From positions 1-64,000 of the forward strand of contig MU058037.1 of NCBI GenBank assembly GCA_013265495.1: a stretch of 64,000 nucleotides of DNA, in the 5' to 3' direction. Positions within the stretch are counted from its first letter, which is position 1. Each line of letters starts with the position of its first letter. The translations under genes and the position numbers were made by a program. Below the pieces are notes generated by a model that was given only the letters and a program-made list of their open reading frames with translations, did no database searches and was not told where the DNA came from. The stretch is from Vicugna vicugna (taxonomy: Eukaryota). Of this stretch, positions 26,521 to 39,579 are shown in pieces.

Positions 26521-29500
26521 AATTTTATCATGAAGTTCCTTTTAAGAGAAACTGCCCACTCATTACCCCTAGAGAAGGGATATTCTTACACAGATCAGAT
26601 GACTCCACCCTTTTGACCATAGTTGTTGGGACTGTGGAATGTGTACCTGGTTCATTGTTTGGCTTGAAAATATTTTGTTAGTAAAATAGATTACCTCTCT
26701 TGGGAATCTGAACTGAGAAAATGAAGCAAATAGAATCAGGAGCTGAGGCTAAAAGTATCTGTATGGGGAGGGCTCATGATTTATAATCAGCAGCCGGGGG
26801 GCCTCATGGCAGATTTTGAGGAAGCAGATATTTAGGAAATAGATACTGAGAGCTACAGAGAAGCCATAAATAAGAGAACATGTGGCTGGTGAGAGATGAG
26901 ATAACAGCTAATCCCCAGATTTCCCTTGGCTCCCACTGTCTTTCCATTTCCAGTGTTGTGTATCCTTACAACAAACTTCAGTTATCAAAGTTCCTTGTAT
27001 GATTTCTGGTTTTCTCACAACCTATAGAGCTCAGTTGGAACATGGCACCATCCTCAAAGGCTTCCATAACTACTCAGACTTTTATGAAATGCGTGTGAGT
27101 CATCTCCCTAACATGGCTTATATTTCTCTTACAAGGCCACCAACATTAATAATAAAAAGGGAAACATCAGAGCAAATGTCTCCAATGAAACCAACTCATG
27201 TGAAAAATAGTTCCAAACACCAGATATGACTGGATTCATTCATCCTTAAAAAATAAGCAATTGCCCTCTGTGTTTTCTCTTTTGCCAAGTTCAAAGCCCA
27301 GTAGAAATTTGAGTTTATCTTTGGACCATGTAAACTCCTCTTTTCCTTACAGTGGAATACCACAGTGGGAAGGCTCTATGTGAAAAGATGGTGGATGCAT
27401 CTCAGGCAAGCTTCTCCAAGAATAGTTACAACTGTATTTACTCAAAGGAGGCATGAAGAAGCACACAAGAAGGGAGACAACTGCCTTCTAATAGGATAGT
27501 GAAGACAGAAGGCAAAATAGGCACTAAGTCAGACAATTGTTCTGTGTTTGTTTTTTGAGTAGAAGAGGGAAATGTGCTCAGAGCAGCTGTATAGTGAGGA
27601 TGAGTAATTATACTGTCTACAGAAAGCCCCTGCTATTGCTGCTATAAGAAGCTTCTCAAATAGATGAGACACCAGAACCCAGTCTGCCTGCTTACATGCC
27701 GAGTCACTGCTGATTGAAAGGTGGCAGGTGGTATGTTCTTATTGGAATAAATACCTTTTGAGTCTGTCGGCAGGCACCTCAGGGGCTCATGTTTGATTCA
27801 AGCTAAATGGACACAAGGGGTATTTTTCCTCTTATTTTATTACCAGAAATACAAATTTAGGTAAGTGACATGGAGTAGTGTTTCTTTATCATTTTTCCAA
27901 CTCATTTCTTTTTTTAACAAGCATTAAAAATCTCATGCCCTCCATTAATGTTGTTTGAAATTTCTAAGTAAATTAAAATGTGATTTAAAATAAATCAATA
28001 TAATGAGACAAAGGAATACTTCATTTTCAAACTAAGGACTGATCCTTTTAAAGTCACTAAACAAGATAACAAAGTTACCAAGTTTCAAGTTGAACTTGAA
28101 AGTCAGTTTATCAAGTTATCAAGTTACTTAAGTTTCTTGAATGCTTTAAACATATTCTGTAGCTTTCACGTTTATCTCTTGTGCCTCTCTCTATATATAC
28201 ATAGGGATGGAGAGATATATCACATATATATCACACCTCTCTCTAGAGAGAGAGAGATAAAAGAGCACAAAATAGTTGTTAATACACTGTGAAACAAGAC
28301 TTTCACATCTAAGTTAGTTATCAGTACAGAGTTATGATTCTATATTGAATCATAGAGAAGATGATGTAAGTACCAGAAAAAAGGCATAAGCAAGTACTAT
28401 TGGAAGAGAATGATAATGGTAAGTTATTTATGCCAGAAAGGGCTTCTCAAGTTGGATTAGAGTTATCCTGAGCCTTGAAAAATGAGTAGGAATTAGATAA
28501 GGGGAGATGGGGTAGAGTTGTTCAGTGTTTGAGGATCCTGTTTTTTTTTCAGAGAACACCGTGACTCTGAAGACCCTGAATATAGTATCTCCTCGTCCCA
28601 GTGTTTAGCCTCCAAAACTTTATTGAGATCCCCGTGAAACCCTCTCTTTAATGCCAGCTGGTAATGTTGGGATCTCACAGGAGGACAACTAATTGTTTTG
28701 GGTAGGCCAAGGCATAACCAGTGACATATATGAAAGAATGTGAATAGAGTGATTGCAAAGAGGAACCAACTGTCTAGGAAAAATGGTAACTAGCCCGTGG
28801 CTGAACTTCATGATAGAGTTGACTGTGGGCAGTGATGTTGAATTCCTGTCTTGCTATTACATGGGAAAGTAAGGTAATGTGCCTTCTAAGATGGCTTGTA
28901 GTATCTTTGTCTCACTGAGATATTGGGTCCTAAATAGAATGGATAGACATTTTAAAATCTTAGCCTTTCATATATAATCACTGCCTAATATGCCAAGAAT
29001 AACCAACAAGCTGCCTCAATTCAATGGGCAAAACTTGGTGAGAAGCAGACAGTTTTAAGGACTCTTAGATAGAGTTTTTATTCAGAAATAAAATAGAACA
29101 AGAAAAGAAAGAGCTGTTACTGAGGCGAAGGCCTGAAATGCAGCACAAGCTCCTTTTAACTGTGCCTGTCAGCCACTTTGCTCCCCCCCCACCTTGCCCA
29201 CCCTGTTTTTATTTTCTTCCCCTGCTTTGCATTCAGAGCCAAGTGTGGAGTGTGTTGAAAGCTCATGTGCCCTGAAGCTCTTTTCTCTGGAAATGGTACA
29301 GAACTGGCTACTTAATATTGTTTCCCTCCACTATTTTTCTCTTTTGAACTGAGTCAAGTGTCCTACAAGTCTGTTTGGGCTCCATTTCCACCTCCATTGC
29401 TTCATGGGTATATCATTTACCCTCTTTTCAGTCTAAGAGGTTCTAACCTTGAGGGAACTCAAAAAAGCCCTTAAGATGTTTTCTTTGTCAAATTTCAGTT

Positions 29501-29984
29501 GACTTCAGCCTGATTTTGGCTACTAACTAAATCATTCAAGCATCATCAGGATTGGCCTACTCCTTAGCTTTCCTTCTTGTCCTACCTCTAGTCCTGGGAC
29601 CCCACAGTTATCTCTGTCCATGCTATTCCTTGCCTAGAGCATTATAGATAAAAGCATCAAAAGATAACCAAGGCTTTATACTTAGAATCCTTAAAATCTT
29701 TTTATGACTTCTAAACAACAGCAGGGTAAAATTAATACTCCTTAGCATGGCCAAAGGATCTTTTATGTGACTGTAGCATACTTTTTTATAATTTGGTGTG
29801 GTGGGTAACTTGCCTACACGAGATATATATATACTTCCACACCACTAGGTCTTGGCTCACACTAGAAACTCTGCCCCAAAGACCCTTTCCTAACCTACTT
29901 TTACAACCTTCAAGGTCCAATTAAATATGTCACTACCCTGTACATTCGACTTATACCCCACTCCCAAATAAGTTTTTCTTAAGA

Positions 29985-30420
29985 GTTGTTTCAGTCAAGC
30001 TAGGCCAGGTTATACTGCAGTAACAAATGGCTTCGACATCTCAGTGACTTAAGTTTATTTCTCATTTGTGTTACATGTCCATCTCAAGTCAGCTGTGCCT
30101 CTCCTCCTAATCATCTTCACTCTGAGGCCCAGGCTGGCAGAGTAGCCTTTATCTGGGTTACTGCTGTCAGTTGGCATAGGGAAAAGCTATGGCTGTTAGC
30201 TCAGAAATGGAGCATGTCCATGTATAACTGAAAAATTGTGCCGTATACCAGAAACAGACACATTATATACTGACTATAACTCAATAAAAAATAAAAAGAA
30301 AAAAAGAAATGGAGCATGTCAATTTTGCATATATTCCATTGGCCACAAGAAATCTCTATGTCATTAGTCGTTGGAATGAGGAAGCATACTACATGCCCAG
30401 AGAAGAGCAGCTGGTACTTT
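29985..30420 (-). mobile_element. Old MaLR (MLT1-like) LTR, host of later L1 insertions; resumes at ~37668-37692
   Basis: gctaggccaggttatactgcagtaacaaa...gtttatttctca motif. Confidence 0.7.
30219..30304 (+). mobile_element. 86-bp L1 3' tail insertion
   Basis: AATAAA plus A-rich tail; perfect 16-bp TSD agaaatggagcatgtc (30203-30218, 30305-30320). Confidence 0.93.
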
Positions 30421-31912
30421 TTAAATTGAAGTATAACTGGCATGTAACATATATTAGTTTTAGGTGTACAACATTTGATATTTGTATCCACTGTCAAATG
30501 ATCACCACAGTAAGTCTAGTTACCATCCATCACCATATAAAATTACAGATTTGTTTTCTTGTGATGAGAGCTTTTAAGGTTTACTTTCTTGGCAACTTTC
30601 AAATATGCACACCAATATTATTGGCTATAGTTACCTTGATATACAATATATCCCCATGACATACTCATTTTATAACTGGAAGGTTGTACCTCATGACTCC
30701 TTTCACCCATTTTGCTCACCCCCAACCCCTCTCCCCTCTGGCAACCACCATTCTTTTATTTATAAGTTTTGTTTCGTAATATGTTTGTTCATCTGTCTTC
30801 TTTTGTAGATTCCACATATAAGTGAAATCATTCAGTATTTGTCTTACTCTGCCTGACTTATATCACTTAGCATAATTCCCTCAAGGTCCATCCATGTTTT
30901 TGCAAATGGCAAGATTTCATTATTTTTTTTATGGCTGATTAATTCCATTATAAATACAGATATAGGTTTATTTATTTATTTATAGCTACATCTATATCTA
31001 CATACACACACCACTTAGGTTTTTTCCATATCTTGGCCACTATAATAATGTAGAATGTAGGGGTGCATATATTGAATTATATCTAATTAGTGTTTTTGTT
31101 TCTTTGGCTAAATGCCCAGAAGTGGAATTTCTGGATTGTATGGTAGCTCTATTTTAATTTTTTGAAGAACCTCCATACTATTTTCCATAGTGGCTGCATC
31201 AATTTCTATTCCCACTGGCGGTGCACAAGGGTTCTCTTTTGTCCACTTCTTTGCTACAACTTGTTATTTCTTGCCTCTTTGATGATAGCCATTCTAAGAG
31301 GTGTGAGGTGATATCTCATTTTGGTTTTGATTTGCATTTCCCTGATGATTAGTGATGTTGAACATCTTTTCATGTGCCTGTCGGCCATCTGTGAGTCTTA
31401 TTTGGGAAAATGTCTATTCAGATTCACTGCCCATTTTTCAGTCAGATTGTTTATGTTTTCTGCTGTTGAGTTGTAGGAGTTCTTTATATATTTGGATATT
31501 AGCCCTCTTATTGGATATATGATTTGCAGATATTTTCTCCCATTCCATAAGTTGCTTTTTCACTTTGTGGATGGTTTCCTTTGCTGTGCAGAAGCTTTTT
31601 AGTTTTGTGTAGTCCCAACTGTTTATTTTTGCTTTTGTTGCCTTTGCTTTTAGAGTCAGATTCAAAAAATCATCACTAAGACTGATGTCATGGAGCTTTT
31701 ACCCTGTGTTTTCTTCTAGGAGTTTTACAGTTTCAGGTCTTACGTTCAAGTCTTTAATCCATTTTGAGTTAATTTTTGTGTATGGTGTAAGATAGTAGTC
31801 TAGTTTCATTCTTTTGCATGTGGCTGTCCAGTTTTCCCAGCACCATTTATTGAAGAGACTGTCCTTTCTTCTTGTATTTCTTGCCTCCTTTGTAATAAAT
31901 GAATTGATCGCA

Positions 31913-32405
31913 CAGGCATACCTCATTTTATTGCAATTGATTTTGATTTTTAAAATTTTTTTCAGACATTGATTTCTTTCTACAAATTCAAGGTCTGTAG
32001 CAACCCTGCATTGATCAAGTCTGTCAGCACCATTTTTTCCAATGGCATTTGCTCAATTTGTGTTTCTATATCACATTTTATTAATTCTCATGATATTTCA
32101 AGCTTTTTAGTTGTTATTACATTTGCTATGGTGATATGTGATCAGTGATCTTTGATGTTACTGCTATGATTTGCTGAAGGTTTAGATGATAGTTAGCATT
32201 TTTAGCAATGAAGTATTTTTATATAAGGTATGTGCATTTTTTAAACATAATGGTTTTGCACATGTAATGGACTACAGTGGAATGTGTACCTAACTTTTAT
32301 ATGCACTGAGAAACCACAAAATTTGTGAGACTCTCCTTATTCTGATAATTTGCTTTACTGTAGTGGTCTGGGAACCTAATCTGCAGTATCTCCAAGATAT
32401 CCCTG
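31913..32405 (-). mobile_element. Internally deleted Tigger1-derived DNA transposon (~490 bp) inside L1 ORF2
   Basis: Terminal inverted repeats caggcatacctc... / ...agatatccctg; flanks CA (mutated TA) and TA; L1 sequence continues on both sides. Confidence 0.88.
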
Positions 32406-33287
32406 TATATGCATGGGTTTATTTCTGGGCTGCCTGTTCTTTTCCATTGATCTCTGTGTCTATTTTTATGCCAGTACCATATTGTTTTGATTACTATAGT
32501 TTTATAATATAGTTTCAAATCAGGGTGCATGATGCCTCCAGGTTTGTCTTTCTCAAGGTTACTTTGGCTATTCAGTATATTTTGTGGCTCCATTCAAATT
32601 AATTATTCTATTTCTGTGAAAAATGCATTGGAATTTAGATAGGAATTGCATTGAATCTATAGATTGCTTTCGGTAATATGGACATTTTAACAATATTAAT
32701 TCTCCAGTCTATGAGCATGGGATATCTTTCCATTTATTTGTCTCTTCTTTGATTTCTTTTATCAGTGTCATAGTTTTCAATGTACAGGTCTTTCACATCC
32801 TTAGTTAAATTTATTCCCAGATATTTTATTCTTTTTGATGCAGTTGAAAATGGGATTGTTTTCTTAATTTCCCTTTCTACTAGTTCATTGTTAGTGTGTA
32901 GAAACACAACAGATTTTTGCGTATTGTTTTTGTACCATGCAACTGCTTTTGTTTGTTTATTAGTTCTAACAGTTTTTGTGTGTGTGTGCAGTCTTTCGGG
33001 TTTTTTATATATAAAATTATGTATTCTGCAAATAGTGACAGTTTGCTTCTTTTTTTCCAACTTGGATGCCTTTTACTTCTTTTCTTGCCTAATTGATGTG
33101 GCTAAGACTTCCAGTACTACGTTTAATAAAAATGATGAGAGTCGGCATCCTTGTCTTGTTCCTGATCTTAGAGGAAAAGCTTTCAGCTTCTCACCATTGA
33201 GTACGATGTTAGGGGAGGGCTTGTCATATATAACTTTTCTTATGCTGAGATATGTTCCCTCTATACCCACTTTGTTGAGTGTTTTTT

Positions 33288-33385
33288 TTTTTAACATTTT
33301 TTATTGATTTATAATCATTTTACAATGTTGTGTCAAATTCCAGTGTTCAGCACAATTTTTCAGTCATTCATGGACATATACACAC
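33288..33385 (-). mobile_element. ~98-bp young L1 3' tail insertion inside older L1 ORF2
   Basis: TSD tgttgagtgtttttt at 33273-33287 and 33386-33400. Confidence 0.92.
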
Positions 33386-34148
33386 TGTTGAGTGTTTTTT
33401 ATCATGATGGATGTTGAATTTTGTCAAATGCTTTTTCTGCCTCTATTGAGATGATCATGATTTTTATGTTTTACTTTGTTAATGTGGTATATCATGTTCA
33501 TTGATATACAGATATTGAAACATACTAGCATCTTTGGAATAAATCCCACTTGATCATGTTATATAATGTCTTTGACATATTGTTGAATTTGATTTACTAA
33601 TACTTTGTTGAGGATTTTTGTATCTGTGTTCATCAGGAATATGGCTGGTAATTTTGTTTTTTTGTTGTGTTCTTACCTGATTTTGATATCAGGGTGATGC
33701 TGGCCTCACAAAATAGACTTGGAAGCATTCCCTTCTCCTCAATTTTTTTGAAGTGTTTGAGAAGGATAGATATTAAATCTTCTTTCAGTATTTGGTATAA
33801 TTCACCAGTGAAGCCATCTGGGCCTGGACTTTTATTTGTTGGGAGGTTTTTGATTCCTGATTTAATCTTACTAGTAATCAGCCTATTCATCTTTTCTATT
33901 TCTTCACGATTCATTTTTGAAATATTGTATGTTTCTAGAAATTTATCCATTTATTCTTGGTTGTCCAATTTGTTGCTGTATAATTTTTCATAGTAGTTTC
34001 TTATGATGCTTTGTATTTCTTTAGTGTCAGTTGCAACTTCTCCTCCATTACTGATTTTATTTATTTGAGTCCTCTCCTCTTTTTTTTCTTGGTGAGTCTA
34101 GCTAAAGTTTTACCACTTTCACTCATTCTTTTCAAAGAACCAACTCTT

Positions 34149-36364
34149 TTTTTTCCTAGCAGCAAATTCTTTACTATTCTAAGAAATCTGCAGCCATGGG
34201 AATTATAAGGTGATATATCTTAAAATTCCACTGGAAAACATTTTATTGACTAGCATAAGGGGAGAGGGCCAGGTTGAAGAAATCTGAGAACACTGATTAC
34301 TTTTTAATTTACTGAAGTAAAAAATGGTAATGTTAGTCAGAATTTGATGGCCAAGTTGAGTAAGAAGCTTCAGAAAGATGAGCTAACATTTTCAAATAGA
34401 GTCAAGTATTGGATTTATTTCCTGACTAAAATCCAGTGTCATTAAGAGCTGTGTACTGGCTGCCTCAAAAATTATAAAATACAACCTTTTCATTGTTTAA
34501 AGTGGCAGAGGACATGGAGTGCATAACATTGGGATTAAACAGATTTGTTTGCAAATCATAGATGCCTTTCCTTTTTTTGTATATATATTTTTTTTATTGA
34601 AATATAGGCAGTCTACAATGTTGTGTCAATTTCTGATGTACACCATAATACTTCAGTCATTGATGAACATACATATTTTCATTTTCATATTTTTCACCAT
34701 AAATTACTACAAGATATTGAATATAGTTCTATGTGCTTCCTCTGATAGATACAGTATGAAGTTGTTGTTTATCCATTTTATATGTATTAGTTAGTATCTG
34801 CAAATCTTGAACTCACAATTTATTCCTTCCCACTCCTTCCCCCCCAATAACCATGTTTGTTTTCTGTGTCTATAAGTCTGTTTCTGTTTTGTAAGTAAGT
34901 TCATTTATCTTAGAATTTTTTTAAATTTTAATTTAAATTTAGAATATATTTTTATTGAAGTACAGTTTACAATGTTGTATCAATTTCTGGTGTATAGCAC
35001 AATACTTCAGTCATATAGGAACATACATACATTCATTCTCATATTCTTCTTCACCATAGGTTACTAAAAGATATTGAGTATGGTTCTCTGTGCTATACAG
35101 TATAAATTTGTTGTTTATCTGTTTTATATATAGTAGTTAGTATCTGCAAGTCTCAAACTCTCAATTTATCCCTTCCCACCTCCTTACCCCCCAGTAACCA
35201 TAAGTTTATTTTCTATGTCTGTGAGTCTGTTTCTGTTTTGTAAATAAGTTCATTTGTCTTTTTTTAGATTCCACATATAAGAGATATCATAATGATATTT
35301 TTCTTTCTTTTTCTGGCTTACTTCACTTAGAATGACATTCTCCAGGGACATCCATGTTGCTGCAAATGGCATTATTTTATTATATTTTATGGCTGAGTAG
35401 TATTCCATTGTATAAATATACCACCACTTCTTTATCTGGTCATCTGTTGATGGACATTTAGGCTGTTTCCATGTCTTGGCTAATGTAAATAGTGCTGCTA
35501 TGAACATTGGGGTGCAGGTGTCTTTTTGAAGTAGGGTTCCTTCTGGATATATGCCCAGGAGCAGGATTCCTGGGTCATATGGTAAGTCTATTCCTAGTCT
35601 TTTGAGGAATCTCCATACTGTTTTCCACAGTGGCTGCACCAACCTGCATTCCCACCCGCAGTGTAGGAGGGTTCCCTTTTCTCCACAGCCTCTCCAGCAT
35701 TTACTGTTTGTGGACTTTGGAATGATGGCTATTCTGACTGGTATGAGGTGATACCTCATTGTAGTTGCCTTTCCTTTTTAATGAAATCTTGAACAACTTA
35801 TTCTCCTTGAGCCTAGATTTTACGTATCTATGAACTCTTTTTTTATTGAAGTAGAGTTGATTTACAACATTGTGTTAGTTTCTGGTTTATAGCATAGTGA
35901 TTCAGTTATATATATCTATATATATATTCTTTTTTCGTATTCTTTTTTGTTATAAGTTATTACAAGATAGTTAATGTACTCCCTTGTGCTATACATAGGA
36001 CCTTATTGTTTATCTATTTTGTATATAGTAGTTTATATCTGCTAATCCCAAACTTCTAATTTATCCCTCCCCTCTTTCCTCTTTGGTAACTGTAAGTTTG
36101 TTTTTATGTCTGTAGTCTGCTTCTGTTTTGTAAATAAGTTCATTTGTGTAATTTTTTTTGATTCCACATATAAGTGATATCATATGATATTTGTCTCTCT
36201 GACTTCACTTAGTGTGATCATCTCTGGGCCCACCTATGTTACTGCAGATGGCATTATTTCATTCTTTTTTTATGGCTGAGTAGTGTTCTAGTGTGTCTGT
36301 GTGTGTGTGTGTGTGTATCACAATTTCATAACCTAAATGTCCATTGGCAGATGATTGGATAAAG
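34149..36364 (-). mobile_element. L1 insertion with 3' transduction and 5' inversion (L1 body 35837-36327, inverted piece 36328-36367)
   Basis: 14-bp TSD aagaaccaactctt (34135-34148, 36365-36378); host L1 resumes in register; T-run 34147-34154. Confidence 0.88.
34577..35765 (-). mobile_element. Young L1 with ORF2 C-terminus and two tandem 3'UTR ends
   Basis: ORF 35250-35759 MRYHLIPV...; TSD tgcctttccttttt at 34563-34576 and 35766-35779. Confidence 0.93.
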
Positions 36365-37699
36365 AAGAACCAACTCTTAATTTCACTGATCTTTTCTGTT
36401 GTCTTTTTAGTCTCTATTTCACTAATTTCTACTCTAACCTTTGTTATTTCCTTCCTTCTACTAACTTTGGGCTTCATTCATTTTTCTTTTTCTAGTTCCT
36501 TTAGGTGTTAAGTTATATTGTTTATTTGAGATTTTTCTGTTTTCCTGAGTTAGGCCTGTATTACTCTGAACCTCCCTTTCAGAACTCCTTTTGCAACATC
36601 CCACAGATTTTGGTATGTTGTATTTCCATTTTCATTTGTCTTAAGGTATTTTTTTTTGTCTTAAGGTATTTGATTTCTTCTTTGATGTCTTTGTTGATCC
36701 ATTGGTTGTTCAGTAGCATGTTGTTTAATTTCCATATTAATTGTGATTTTTCCAGTCCTATTTTTATTGATTTCTAGTTTCAAGCCATTGTGGTCAGATA
36801 AGATGCTTTATATGATTTCAGTCTTCTTAAATTTATTGAGATTTGTTTTGTGGCCTAACATTTGATCTGTCCTGGAGAACTCCCTTGAGGAGAATGTGTT
36901 ATTCTGCTGCTTTCTAATGGAATGTTCTGGATGTATCTATCAGTATTCCAAAGGAAGGGATCTCATTCAGCACCTAGTTTCAGGCTGATTGGAAGCCAGA
37001 TACTCATGTGACAGCTTTCAAAGTATGTGAATATATACAGTCCTATGGGACCACAGTTGTAAACTCTGTTGGCCTCCAGACCAGGAGACCTGGAGGTGAC
37101 CTTTGGGTGACAGTTGCAAAAGTTGGGGCTCCAGATGAGTGTATAAGCTCCTTCTGTGTGAGGTACTGGTAAGCTGTAGCATGGCTGAGGGAGAATGCAA
37201 AGATGGCATCCCCTTGCCTACATTCCCTGAGAGCACCTCTGTAGCCTCTAGACGTGTGGCAGACCTGAAGTCTGCTCCTGAGGCTGAAGCTCCAAGACAA
37301 GTAAATAGGCCTTTTGCATAGAAACTGGGGATGTGTTTCAGTTTGTTGTCTGTGCAGTGTCCTGAGGATGGTAACCTGCTTAGAACTGTCTCTTTGATTG
37401 TCACAGTCTTCTGGGACACAGGAATGCAAGCCCCCCTGGCCACCAGAGCCAGACAGTTAAAGAGTGTCCCCTGCATGCACTGCATGTACCTACCAGCTTT
37501 ATCAAGGCAGAGGGAGAGCATAGGATTGGTGCTCACCAGCTGGTTTTAACAAGGCAGTGGGAGAGCTCAGGGCCATGGTATGCTTGTTGGCTTTAGCAGG
37601 GCAGCGGGAGAGTGCAGGGAGGAGGGGAGTTTATGATCTTGGACCTGAAATGAGCAGCTGGCGTTTTGAATATTAATATAATCAACTCAACACTTCCCC

Positions 37700-39400
37700 A
37701 CAACACTTTGACCATGTCACTGTTATATTTGTTATATATTGTTATTATTTGTATATCTTGTCCCTCTGACTTATGAATTCATTAAGAGCAGGGAATGCAT
37801 TTTATTCATTTGTTTATTTCCGTAGTTTACAGTGTACCATCAAGGCACATAAGAACTGCTTAATTATTGATTGTTGACTTGCTGGATAGATAAATGAATA
37901 AATAATTTTTGGCTTGAATCTAGTTGGGACATTTGGGGAAAAAAAACCTACCTTATTTTAAATTGCTCAGTGTCTTGGGAAAGTATATTTTTGGTGAAAT
38001 ATCCTTATGTGTCTTTTGGACCTTATGCCTCTGAATTATTTTCACAAAATATGAAATCTTTGGGAGCCAGTTGGCATCATCATTAGTCACTGGAAATCAT
38101 CCATTTGACACCAGCAACAACATAGGCATGCCACATTTCTCACAAGGGCTCTAAGTTAGTGAAACACCCAGCAGTGAGAATACATCATTGTCCTTTCTGT
38201 TCTGAGATGACACAGATAATGCTCTTCCCTTCTCCTGTTTAGATATGAAGGAACAGTCTTATACAAGTGAGCCTTTGAATATTGAATCACATTTGTCAAT
38301 AGGACAGGGCTAGCCTCACACAAGTGACTGTATAAATGATGTTGCTTCAAGTGACTCCAAGAAGCCCTTCCTGCTCCCAGGTAATCTTTCCTATAGTGTT
38401 TCAGGGTCCCAAATTTCCCTGTAAGAACTACTACCATGTTGAATTCAGTGTTGAGTAGTTCCACCTTGTTTCTGCCCTTTTCTCTGTGCCCCTCCTTAGA
38501 GGCAGCAGTTATAGCTTGGCTCTTTTCTCCTATTTCCTAGCCCAGGCACCAGGCATTTTTATAATTTAATTTGGTTTGAGAAATGTAATTCATGCAACAA
38601 AAAAAATCTGTGTAGTGTATACTGGGTGTTAGGCACCGTGCCTTTTCTTTGTAAGTTTGTAATCTAGAGGGGATGGCAGACAGGTAAACCAAGAATTAAA
38701 GTGTGATGTGATAAATGCTATGATAGAGGCATTCCTGGAGTGCACAGACATCTGTAAGGTGGAGGTGGTTAGGAGAAGATGATAGAATCTTGAACGATAA
38801 TTGGGTGTTGTGTAATTTGGCTGTAGATATTTGAGACTGAGGAAATAAAACCTGGAATGATGATTCTAGAAAATGGTACTAGACAGGTGGAGCAGGGCCA
38901 GGTCATGGACAGTCTTGTTTAAGACATTAATGGATGCAGTGGGGCTTTAGATTTGAGTTTTAGGATATTAATTTCAGATGAAAGAATAGAGCAGTGAGTT
39001 TAAGTGGAGAGAGGGCATTTCTGGTGGTGAAATGTGATGAGGACTATAACCATAGCAATTGGCACTTTGAAGTCATTGTGATAGAAGGAAGTAGAAATAG
39101 TAGGATCTGACTGCTTTCATGTGGTGGCTGGGCTGAAGGGAAGGAGGGAAACAGAAGAGTCTAGGAAAACTGGCAGGTTTTGCATTTGGGTAAATAGATA
39201 GTAGTGTGTCTTCTACCCAGATGAAGCAGAGTATCAGGTTAAGGGGGCTGAAGGGTAACAGAGATTAGAGTGAGAGATGAAAAGACAGTTTTTAAAATAT
39301 TGAATTTAAGGAGCTTATATGACACTTAAATGGTGATATGATGATGTCTAATAGGTAACTGAGTTAACAGGTTTAGAATTCAGTAAACTTATAGTAAAGA
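37700..39400. mobile_element. L2 fragments (~37740-37905, ~38570-39400)
   Basis: L2-like 3' end (gagcagggaatgc...aaatgaataaata) and antisense L2-like purine-rich body. Confidence 0.6.
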
Positions 39401-39579
39401 AAGGAAGTTGACAACTACTAGTATCTAAATTTCAATTAAATTCAATGGAGAGAGGGACAGAAAGATTGAGAGGCAGTAAGGGGAGGAGGGAGGGAGAGAA
39501 GAAGGGCGAGAAGGAAGGATAGAGAGAGAGAGAAAATGAGAAATAGAGCTATGATCTGAAAAGAGAAAACAAGAGTCCT

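Larger units (their letters stand above)
30421..37651 (-). mobile_element. Older L1 spanning 3' end to a 5'UTR-like region, internally deleted and carrying nested insertions
   Basis: ORF2 peptides (KVGIEGTYL...[34 protein letters not shown]); degenerate TSD gagcagctggtacttt / gagcagctggcgtttt at 30405-30420 and 37652-37667. Confidence 0.9.

Noticed and set aside
27352..27860. Isolated micro-exon-like AG...GT/GC segments (also ~5935-5976 and ~45687-45716)
   Set aside because: The splice-like signals are plausible, but there is no recognisable peptide or demonstrable link to a gene; this cannot be supported without RNA data.
28060..28140. AAGTT-rich stretch with a 9-bp inverted repeat (tttcaagtt-g-aacttgaaa)
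   Set aside because: Short and low-complexity, consistent with slippage; not a CRISPR-like or otherwise regular array.
37018..37549. 172-aa and overlapping ORFs
   Set aside because: They lie within the TSD-bounded L1 5' region and show no recognisable domain.
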